Shown piece after piece: positions 24,501-36,500 of a stretch of 64,000 nucleotides of DNA (the stretch's first letter is position 1; each line of letters begins with the position of its first letter). Below the pieces are notes generated by a model. That model was not told the DNA's origin and did not search any database. It saw nothing but the letters and a program-made list of their open reading frames with translations. A program made the position numbers and the translations under genes. The DNA comes from Podarcis bocagei. Taxonomy: Eukaryota. Location of the stretch: assembly GCA_964188305.1 (NCBI GenBank), contig OZ076896.1; one strand, given 5' to 3'.

Positions 24501-27500
24501 ACCAATGAAGTAGAGGCTCAGCATGTCCCTATGTTACTTCCATAGGCATCAGAGCTGGCTCTTCAAGTCAAAACTCCTGGTCATCTAAGTCAGAAAGTAC
24601 TGTTTTCTGAGAAGAAAGCAAGGACAACCCTCTTCCAGGATTATGACAAGTTTCCTTAATATTATTTACATCCAGCTTCATTACTTTTATAACAGTTATT
24701 GTCAAGCCACAAATAAATCTGAAATCCAGGGTTAGGCATCATAAGTAAAAACATAATCAACCATGCATACCTGAACTAACATTAATTTAAAACTCCATAT
24801 GCGTACATAAGCTTTAAAAAGCACTTGTGAACTGATTCAGACAGCTCCCCACAAAAAATTGTACGTATAAAGTTTCACTATTATAATTCCGAAAACAAAA
24901 ACTGTAATTTTACTTAAGTTGCTAAATTTCTCCCAAGACCTTTTTTTCCAATGACATAGATTTGCTAATGAATAAGTATTCATGTTTTTAGTGCAAGGTA
25001 CATTTAAATGTAATATGAAGTAAACTATAGTGAACTCCAAAACTAAAGAATTCAAATTCTTGTTATCTGAAATCACTTTTCTCTCCTTAAATTTCTAGAG
25101 AAGGAAACTTTGAAAAAGAACATTTTGGTATCTTATTGAATTGTAGCAGTTAAGCCTCTGTGTGTGCTTCAAGTTAATTGTGTTTAATGCATAATAATTC
25201 TTCTAAGAATACAACACTACGCATGCAGGCAAGCGCGAACCCTTTCTTTGCATTACAGTAAATTCCACGAGAACTGCAGCTTTCCCTGACTGGAGAAAAT
25301 CCACAAATGTGTATGAGTATCTATGTAAGGAACAATTTCATGGGACTATGGCAGGCTATTTTCTTTAAGTGCTCATGTCTATTTTGGTGCTTAGAATTAC
25401 CTCATGTCCAATAAATATCATTTGAAACAGTTAAATCTGAAGCTCAATCATGTCATTTATATTTCTGCATACTTCTTTTAGCTTTATTTACCTAGGAAAT
25501 AAAAACCAACTATTCACTTGTGCACACACCCATCTTTTAGCAGCTTCATTACTGGATTATCAAGCATTGGAAAAATACCCTGAGACATGTGCCGAGAGGC
25601 CATTTCCACTGGACTGAAATTGAAAATGATAAAAACCTATTCATTTGTGTTCTTTTGTTTTTAAAAAGACACCTACGTATTGGACAGTATCCCTTCAAAT
25701 GTCCGATCTGCTAACGTGAGCTGACCTCTATCTTAACATACCAGTTTCCATCAAAATGAAAGACAATGAAAGGGTTAGCGCAGCAACTTAGAAAGCCACC
25801 CTGCCGTCTTACATTTGAAAGCTATAAAGACATACCACTGGCGCCTAGAAATTCCTCAGAAGAAACCGACCAGCACCTAAAGAGGTCTGGATGTTCTGCA
25901 CAGAGGCCCAGAAAATAAGTAAAGCACTGTCAGTAGATACTTGTTTCACCATGTATCTTGAACTCAAGATGAAAGGAAGGGGAAGGCTGAAATGGTTTAG
26001 AAGTTGCGTTGTTATCTTAAAGTTATGGAAGTCAAAGAAAAGAGGAGGCCCTCAATGAAAGGTTAAGAACAAACAGTACGCCACGCCTCATTTTCAAAGC
26101 AGCTGGAGTGATCCCAAGTTACCTGAGGAAGTACATTTAGGCTTCTGAGAAATACATATAACCGTGCAGTAAATTGTGAAAGTTGTGAGGATACATATTA
26201 ATAAGATCACAGCAATCTGTGTCAACACCGCTGTGATAAAAAATATACAAATTTTAAGCACATACTATTTGGATAAAATGTGCTCTGCCAGCTATTCATG
26301 ATATATTTTCCCCCTTATTTGTAAATATTTATTTTTTAGCTCTCATACCTCAACTTTCAGCTGTTTTGCATGCTAAGTTGAGCATCTCTCTTTAGATGAC
26401 TTAATTTTAGAGTCAATGTGCACATTTTTTTTTCATTTTCACAACTAATTCTATATGTAGGTATGAAATACTGTAGTACTATTAGTAAAGATTATTTGTG
26501 ACTGAAGCAAACCTATCATTTTATTATGATGATTTGGGAATAGACACAAATCTACAGCTTCATGAAGACATTATATTACCTTACCACTGAAGTCAGTTAA
26601 TAAATGGCTTTGGAAACTTTTGAATAAGGATAAATAAACTGAGAGCAGCATTACTGTTTCATCTATGATGGAGGAGTGGCCAGCTCAGTTTCTGTGATGA
26701 AAGGAGCAATTCAGTGGCAAAGCTTTGCAAAATGTGTTATATGTTGGGGCAGGATGGGGGCGGCTTCCAACAAAATATTAAAATACAATGGTCTGTTGAA
26801 CATTAAAAGCTTCCCTAAAAAGGGCTGCCTTCAGATGTCTTCTAAAAAGTCTGGTAGTTGACATCTGGTGGGAGGGCGTTCCACAGGGCGGGTGCCACTA
26901 CCGAGAAGGCCCTCTGCCTGGTCCCCTGTAACTTGGCTTCTCGCAGAGGGGGAACGGCCAGAAGGCCCTCGGTGCTGGACCTCAGTGTCTGGGCAGATCG
27001 ATGGGAGTGGAGATGCTCCTTCAGGTATACTGGACCGAGGCCGTTTAGACCTCTGGAGGAAAACATAGCGGCAAGTAACTCATTACAGAAAGCACTTAAG
27101 CTGTCTGTATGAAAGGAAGGAAACTTAAACAAGGTGAAGCAAATCATTTGGTTACTGACAGAAATGTAGGGAACTTTGTTTTCAGTTAACTTTTATTTTA
27201 AGTCTAATGTGATTTCAAGATGATAGCAAGTTCCAGTTGTTATTTATAATGAAATCCTGAGTTCACATAGAATAGGCTTAGCAGTGGTTGTTACCTATGC
27301 TAGATAATCAGAATCTTCATGTTCAAAGGCTGTATACCTCTGAATCCCAGTCACTGGGGGACAAATAGAGGACAGACCACCACTTTCATGCCCAACTTAA
27401 TGAGTTTCCCAGTGCCATCTGGTGGTTGCTGTTGGAAATAGAGGGCTAGAGAAAGTGGACCATTTGGTTTGGTTTAGTAAGGCAGTTCTTACGCTGAGTT

Positions 27501-30500
27501 CCAAAAGTTCAGAACAGAGATATCCAACACAGCAGGATGCCAAAGAATATGAAGGGGAAAGGAATAGGAGCTGTTTAGGATCAGAAAGCTTTTAAACCAT
27601 ACACTATGTGTACTAATTGGTTGTGTCATTAAGAAGACTGCGTAAAAATAGACATGGAATTCATTTAATTCCCCACCCCATCCCAAAAAGGATTTTGAAT
27701 GTGTGAATTTTAAAAGACTAGATTATGGAATTAAAAAGGGGAAAGGGATTTAAATTATCAGAATTTCTAATAATTGACAATATGGCCATGTAATCAGCTG
27801 GAATCAGGGAGGAGGATGGTGGACAGTACTATACACCCCATAGTTTGGAAGGGATGAAGCAAGGGAATACTTTTTTTTTAAATAAAAGCAAAACATACCA
27901 TTGGTTGGGTGTCGAGCAAATGAGATAGAAAACCTTTTAACAGCAGAACCACGTGTGGTGTCTGAGAAAGAGAAAAACAGGTACCTGAAATTCAAAACAG
28001 CTACCAAAAGAGGGATAATTCAAGAAAGGACAGAAGAGGGGGAAACAATGAAGAGTAGGTTAGAACTGAGTGGCATGCAGAGGGGATTGGGAGAGGTGCA
28101 AAGGCCAAAACAGTTTTAAAAGCAGGTAAAACTTTGCTGGTTGTTACTACTAGAGGTTTAATGGAGTGTATGGAAGACAAATACGGGTGAGCTTGTGATT
28201 TTGGCATACAGACATACATGGTTAGAATTGAATATCATGGATGTGACAGTAGGAGAAAGCTGAATGTTTCTTACCCTCAAGAAAGTTAACAAACATTGTA
28301 AAATGGTGGAAATCTGGTGCTGACATGTCTATTCTGCTTGTTACTCTGAAGCCCCAAGCCAAACACTTTCGGGATAATTTTAAAAATAATTTAACAAACG
28401 TACCTCTTTTTAGGACTTTACAAATATTAATGAATCTCCTTTGATTTCTCTAGTTCTCAATAAATGGTTTTTGTTCCATTTCAGGAAAAAATTACCAAAT
28501 TAAATGGTTTTAAACATAGGTTGAACATAAACTTTTTTTAAAGTTGGTTTGTTACGGAAGGGAAAAAGCCCTCCTTCCATCGGTGTGCCATTAAACACAA
28601 TTAATCTCTGAGAAATAAAGGGACACTACAACCCTCTACAAATTAATATTAGTGATCGGTATTATAGGCTTCTACTCTGTAAACAGGCCTAGGACTTTCT
28701 TTCAAGGTTTAATGTGTGCATATGAGTGGGTGGGTGTAAGTGCATGTGCGAAGGTGTGCACATACCATCTATGCAGCCAGAAGAAGTCAGCTTTTTACGA
28801 TGAATACGAGCATAATCCTGTAGGTTAGGTGCACTTGAAGAACCCCCGAGCACCGAAGTGCTAAACAGGCTCGCACAGTGAGACCCTGATGGGAGTTAGA
28901 GAAAATACATACAGCAACCAGGTGTTCTTCTGTTCACATCGGGGATGCATGCAGCATGCAAGCATATCGCTCTTACCACACAAGAGGCTGCCTCTGGCAT
29001 TGCCTTGAACAGGTTCACAATATGCTTATAAAGTCAGTGGTACTTTCAGGATGTAACTACCACAAATTACTGTGCTTCTACTTATCACAATCCCCTTACT
29101 AATTATATACAAAGAGAAGGCTGAACTCTAATGAAGGGAACTTGCTTTTGTTTTCTGTTGTTAGACTTCATAAAGAAAAGAAAACCTGCCTGATAGGCCA
29201 ATGTAAAACAAAAAGGGATGGTTGAGGAAGAAACACAAGAATGAATATTTGCAGTTTATAACTGAATCTGTTAAAATGAGCACTGAACTCTGCAAAAGAC
29301 AGAGATCAGCATATTTTCATGTGGCAATTCCACTTAAATTCATGGGACGTGATCACGTTTTCTTGCACGCGTTCCACTTGTGGCTTGTGGAGACATATCC
29401 CATTAAATGTGTTGAGTTTCTCAATGTATTTTTAAAAGTTAATGGTTGATCTAAAAACAAAAAAAACCATGGTGTACTGACTTTTGCTGTCTCATATTAA
29501 AAACCTTGTTTATAAAGAATAATTCTCTATGTACTACAATATTGGTACCTTCTCCCATAATAATATTTTAATTTACATTTAAAAACCTAAGAAAAGGGCT
29601 ACTTTGGCTGTAATATATTTTGGACAATCCCTTACCAATATAAAATTCATTTCAATGGCACTTGCTCAGGAGAGGTTTCTCCTATCCTTGCCCTTTGAAA
29701 CCTGATCTATTTGCTTTCTAATCATGAACCACTGATTCAAAATTTCTGTTATTACCACTGACAACCAAATGGTGAGGAAAACATTAGTAGCACATCTGAT
29801 GAAACACATCAATATAAATGTCTAATCTGTGGAGAAGCTTTGGAACTTAAGAAATACCTGCATTTAGATCAGTTTTCATCAACATGTACTGTACTGGCCT
29901 GAATATAAGCCTCATTTTTTGCCCAAATTCCAAACGTGAAAAGTTAAAGCGTGGCTCATATTCGTGACCTTACGATATGCAGACAGGAGCGTGGCAAAGT
30001 GGCATCCGTCCTGTGCGTAGTCCCCCGTCCTCTCTCCAAAGGCCAGGAAGGGAAAGTGTGAGGAAGGGGAAAGGTTGCTAGCAACGGACACCCCCCCCTT
30101 TGCAGCCAGGAGCAGCGAGGAATGGAGCGGCTTATATTCAGATTTTTCTTTTCTTTTCCCTCTCCAATTTTAAAGGTGCGGCTTATATTTGGGTGCAGCT
30201 TATATTGGGGCCAACACAGTATATTTACGTGGAATATCACAGAGAACAGGATTGTGCAATTATTGAAGAACATTAGAAAAATTAAACTCCAGTAATCAAG
30301 AGCATCTGATGTATGCATTTTGCTAGGTAAAATTTTGAAACGCGAAGAAACAAAATAAAATAAAATTGTGTATATAGAAAGAATATAGAGTTTAGTAGAC
30401 AACTGGAGAATTTTTTATCTTAGACTGCATTTAATGCTGTGTTTGTTTTGTTTGAAGTGCTATGAAAGTGTTACCCAAAATATTAAAACATTTGCAGAGC

Positions 30501-33500
30501 AAAAAAGTACCGGTAGTATACACTACCAAATGTAGTATAATACACTACAGTACAATGAAAATAGTATTCATTCTACAGTACTAAAATGCTGCTGAAATAG
30601 AAATCTGATGCTTGCTGTAATAAAACAGTTACAATAGCCAAGCCTGTATTCTGAAAGCTGTAGTTGATGGAATTTGGGGTAGTGCAAAGAACATTACTCT
30701 TGTGTTGTTCTTAAATGTATATGGAAAACAAAAAATGAGAAAAATAAAGGTTTTTGATTACCAGGAGAATCTCTTCAACAGTTCCCATCTGACTAAGGAG
30801 CAAGCCCTCAAAAGCCTAGAGATGAATCCTCTTAAAATGGTCTCTATTAACTTGTCAAAACAACAATATGGTTTGGGTTCAAGTGAAAAATTCATGCCAA
30901 CAATGACAACTGATATTCCATATTCAATGACCAAATGACTTATTTGTATTAAAATATTCAAGATACATTATCCAAACAACGGAGTTAACTTTTAAAATAT
31001 CTACAAGCTTGAATACTGAAAACTGAGTAGGTCTACTTTAAAGGGGCAGGACTTTAGGAAATATATACGTACCTATACCGCTTGCCTTTTGCTCCACAAT
31101 AGTTCTTGGTGGTCGGAAATAACTGTTGGTTTCTGTTGGGACCTAGACATGGGAAATGGATAAGTAAGACCAAAAACAGACTAGTGGGATTGTAGAATCC
31201 ATTAAGCTTGAAACAGCAGCCTGTTCATGACAGACAAGTATTAATAAGCCATATGATGCATTAGTAGAGATACCAAAACAATATGGAAGGTCATGCAATA
31301 TTGCTGAAGGGAATCCAGTTCACTCATGAGATCCTTGCAATGAAGTGGTGCAAGCAGGCATTCATGATGACAAAAACAGGACAGACACCAAGAAAGATAT
31401 GAAAACACAGACAACTGTGTCATTTTAGTTTACCAAATGAACACTCCTAAACTGCGCCTGTATTGGAAGGGAGAGGGAGGAAAAAAAAGGAAACATAGAC
31501 AGGCTGATGAGGTCACCTTACAGTCACTGATCCATGCACAGGCTCTTATCAGGGTAAACGTCTGATGTTCACAACCTTTAACCTAAAACTCTTTTTTTCT
31601 ATATCCAAGCAATTTTTAGTTTCAATAGGACATCAAAATAACATTCTTTTGAGGGGGGGGGGGAGGGTTTCCGGTAACAGGGCACCATCCATTGTTTAGT
31701 ACAACCATTTGTAAGTATGTTGTTTTATATCCAACATTAGTCCTACTCAGAACAGACCCACTGAAATGAACAGATATGACTAATTTGGTTTCATTAATTT
31801 CAGTGGGTCTACTTTGGGTATATCTGAGTTGGACAAAAACTGTACACTATTCTATTTTACTGTTCAGTATATGTACTATTTTACTTAATTTCCCCAATAT
31901 GTCAAATTTCACAATGTTATACATTACAATGGATGAAGAACTGTCTTCAAAACAAAGAGAGAGAGAGAGAAAGGACACCTCCAGTTCACAAGTAGAGAAA
32001 ATAATTATTAGTACTAACAATTTTTTTCTTGAACAGTTAATAGGCCATTGAAAAGACAATCTATGCTAATCCCAACTGTGGAATACCAATATTGGACCCC
32101 AATCCAATTACTTCAAATCACATTTTGTTTCATTCATTAGCTAATCATTTTAATGCACCTGCCACCAAATTACTCAATGCTGTTTTTGTTTTGCTTTGTA
32201 AGTAAAAAAAGAAAAGTCTTAAAGGACAACTAAGCCAAAGCTGATGTCTATTTCATGAGGAACTAACTATTTCCATCTCTACAGTGCTGAAAAGAAACCA
32301 ACTGAAAACCAAACAATCAACTACATTCAGTGAAACTTGTGTAGGAAAAAAAAAACATGCACTTGCTTTTTTCCCCCCCGAAGCATTCTTGGAAGTAACT
32401 AGTTTTTTTTATCACATTTTAATGACAGGTGAAATAATTTTCTTTGAATAAAATCCAGAACAAGGGATTAGATGTCCTTAAAGACAGCTGTTTTCTGCTT
32501 GGANNNNNNNNNNNNNNNNNNNNNNNNNNNNNNNNNNNNNNNNNNNNNNNNNNNNNNNNNNNNNNNNNNNNNNNNNNNNNNNNNNNNNNNNNNNNNNNNN
32601 NNNNNNNNNNNNNNNNNNNNNNNNNNNNNNNNNNNNNNNNNNNNNNNNNNNNNNNNNNNNNNNNNNNCAGGTACCAATACACTCTGGGCTAGACACACTC
32701 AGGGGGCTCTCTTCCTGGAAGTGAGAAAGGGGGCAAAAAAACAGCAAAGCATGCAACGTTAGATTCATAGCCAAATGATAAGAAAATGAAATACAGTTTT
32801 GTCTGCACCCTTTGCTAAATAACTTTAACAGCATTATACAGTAATGAGCCGTGTTTCCTATAATAAAATCACACAATACAAACACAACTGGAATTACTCA
32901 GCTCCTATTTTCACCAAAGACACTTAAACAGTACTAATGACAAGGAAACTGAATATGTACATATTTTAAAAATGTCACCATTAATTATGTTCCTCTCGCT
33001 AAGCATAGCAAATTCTCTGTCTGTGCTGCGTTCACTATTAATAAAGCACATATTTCACAAAAACATGTAACTGGCCTCTGATGACACTAACAATATTTTC
33101 TTAATTTTAGTGTCTCTGTTTTTTCCCCTAACAAAACACACCAGTAAAATTTAATCTTCATTCTGTATCCACATGCCACATCTATCCTCTGCATAAACAT
33201 TATACATCCTGCCTAAGCTCCAGGACCAACTCTAAGAACTAAACCAAACACCAGTGACAGGCTGGCACACCAACAATGCTGTTATAACTTAGGTCTAGAT
33301 CAAGACATTCACAAGAAACAGAGTCAGGACCACACTGAAAGAACATAACAGATACATTTATGTTCAATATATATTTAGGGAGCCTTGATCTTCAAGGTTA
33401 AGTTGTTTGATTTTTCTTCACTTTCTCCAAATAGAAGAGAATCAGCTTCACGTTGCTTTACACACCATTTAAAAAAACAATCTTTTTAAAATGGTATTTT

Positions 33501-36500
33501 ATTGAAGTGGGAAAGAATTCTAAATTCAGCTAAAAAGAATCTCTCCATGTTCCTATCAATGAATACACAGAATGTCCCAAGAAGAAAGAAAAATATAATG
33601 TAAAAATGAAGCCATGATTTCCAAATCTTTCTATATTAAAAGTTTCAGGCTAGTAAAGTCAGCAAAATAAAAACAGTGTTTATTGACAGGGAAAAGCAGA
33701 ATTTACAACTATGTGTGAAAAATTACAAAGGATATGTAGTATACTGCTCAACATTAATGTTTGCCTGCTGGAAAAACCCACAGCATTTATTAGGATATTC
33801 CTGTATCATCACATAAAAAACCTGGAACATCATAATAATTAAAATATTTTTGGATCCCTAAGAAATATATATATAATATCTCTCTGATAAAGACTGCCAT
33901 GATCAGTAACAAACGCATGTGCCCACATTGGGGAGAGAGTGGGCTGGATCGGAGGGGTGGGGAGGGAAAAGAACTTGGTTTAAACAGGCTACAAACTTTA
34001 TTCACTACAGGTTTGATGAATTGGAAACACAAGGGTAGAACTAAGAAGTCAAGTGACCTGCCTGCTGTTAGAAGAGTCCAGGCTGCCTGCTGAAAAGTGG
34101 GATGGTCAAAAGGTGGCAGGATCGTCTGTAGCCTTGAGCAACCACCTACCAGAGTGCAGGTATGATGGCAGTGACTGGTAGTGAGCTGATGCACAATTTG
34201 TGAAGGCATCTCTTAGTACAATTAGGCTAAGATCCAAATAACAGCATAAATAATTCTGCACACACACAGAGGCTTAGTACTTGAAATTTTAGATGTTGGG
34301 TCCTGAACAACACATGGCACTTATGAAACGGAGAGGAGTTTTTGAAAAACTGAAATACAACATGGGATCTTTGCTTCAGAGGGAAAAGGTAAATAAAATA
34401 AAATAAAAATAAAAATCCCATAGGATATATACAAGATCTTGGATACAAAATGAATTTTTTTAGCCTTCATATTTATCACAGCTCAAGACAGCCAAATAAT
34501 AGTATAGAATTCAATCAATAATATCAAATGGCCAAATTATTTGGAATTATTCATTTTGTAGCATGTAAGTCTGGAGATAGTACAACCCACTCCCCATAAG
34601 TCTTTGCTCCTGACTTGTCAAGGGACAAGGGCTGTTACACAAACTAGTGCCCACATGACACCAAAAATAAATTGTAACATATACAGCATTCACATATCAC
34701 AGTATATAGCAGTTGATGGTTTATCATGAATGTGCAGAACGCTCCTTCCCTCTAGCTAGTGAGAGCAGCAAACCACACTCCCTGGCTTAGCATTCCATCC
34801 AAAATAGGAATATGGTTTGTTTTTGACTTCATGTCATGATTTGTTTGGAATAGAACAAACCATGATTCCTAGGTTCAGATGCAACACTAAACCAGGGATT
34901 GTGGTTTATTGCTCCTGCTGGCTGTACAAGAAGAGCAAAAGTGGAGTGATCTCTGCATTCATGGTAAACCATCAGTTACGGTTTACTGTGTTGTGTGAAC
35001 TGGGCCATACTGTTTCTTGCAATTTTATTCTGTTACTGAAAAATTATTGGTAAAAAGAGAAACTCTCTCCTCACCTACTTCACTATTCTGAAGTAGCCCT
35101 CGTAAATATGACAGACCTCCGCATCAACCTTGATTCAGAATATTTAAGATTTTGGGACAGAAGACATCTCTTTCATATTGATAAGATAATGTCTTATCTT
35201 TCAGGGTACACTACAACAATCAGTTATATTAGGAAATATATATATTGGGATGAACCATAACATTCTTGCAAAGGGCAAAAAATGTCTTTAACTATTTATT
35301 TAGAATAATACATTTTGTAAGATTGTGTTTGCAAGCAATGTAGATTAGTCAGCCTGAAGACTAACTTAGACCTTGTTAAGTGATCCAAACTCCTCTGAAT
35401 AGTGGTATCTTTCGGTTATTAATTTATGGAAGTGTCTGAAGCAATGTTAAAGTCCTAAGAGAACTACAGCTATGTATTTGCCATGCATTAAAAAAGAGAA
35501 AAAGAAATGTGAAAATCTCTCTAAAACAGGAGCCTGTTTCTATAGTAGTTAAGCATGGGAACAGCAAACTTACTTCTGATGAACCAATTTTCCTGGGTCT
35601 TGGAAGAGGCGACTTTCTGTGTATATGAATTGGATCTGACACCAATGGCTTGAAGATCATTACAGATCGATCTGTTTCATCCCTTCTACAAGCATGTGAT
35701 TCCTCATCACTTTCATTTTTCTGGGAGTTTTTCCTTGGGCCATCATTCTGGAAGAAAATGGATGTTTCATGTGACACAAAACATTCGGCAGGTGGAAAAC
35801 ATAATTCCTTCAAATATTAAGGATTATGGCCCTTGGATACCAATAGCAACAAACCATGCACCACATGTGTTTGGATAAAGCAGCTTCCTATGGAGCTATG
35901 GAAATGTACACCAAAGCATACACCAAATGTTCCACCTAAACATTAGGAAGAACTTCCTGACAGTAAGAGCTGTTCGACAGTGGAATTTGCTGCCAAGGAG
36001 TGTGGTGGAGTCTCCTACTTTGGAGGTCTTTAAGCAGAGGCTTGACAACCATATGTCAGGAGTGCTCTGATGGTGTTTCCTGCTTGGCAGGGGGTTGGAC
36101 TCGATGGCCCTTGTGGTCTCTTCCAACTCTATGATTCTATGATTCTATGATTCTAAGCACATTTGGTCAGGCCCTAGCAACTGTCTCCAACTCTGAAGAC
36201 AATGATTTGTCCATTTTCTTAGTATCTGGCAGGGCAATCCATACCCCAACAAGGGAGCTGTTCACGCCATCTGGGGCAGAAGACAGTGGACAGGCAAAAG
36301 TCTGCTCTTGCCTACCTCTGTCTGGAGCTGGCATCGTGATCAGACCCAGATTGAGCCCAATGCCACCAAGTGGGACCAGCTACGGATTGAGCAGATCACA
36401 GGCTGGCCAAGTCCCTCCAAGCAGCACCCTGTTTTGGTGCTTTCTTGCAGACAACTGCTGATGGGAAGGCCTTTTGTTGGGTGAAACTGGGGGCTCCGTG

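Noticed and set aside
25677-25731. 55-nt exon candidate ([19 protein letters not shown]) that pairs in frame with a 35-nt version of the 25579 exon
   Set aside because: Would need a 63-nt intron and a weak TTAAG acceptor; not supportable without transcript data
26113-26134. 22-nt AG/GT-bounded segment
   Set aside because: Immediate stop in the required phase; could be chance
30762-30815. 54-nt AG/GT segment open in phase 0
   Set aside because: The host intron is phase 1, where it reads GF* at once
32419-32885. ORFs containing long X runs
   Set aside because: Artefacts of the N gap; only the [15 protein letters not shown] part is real exon
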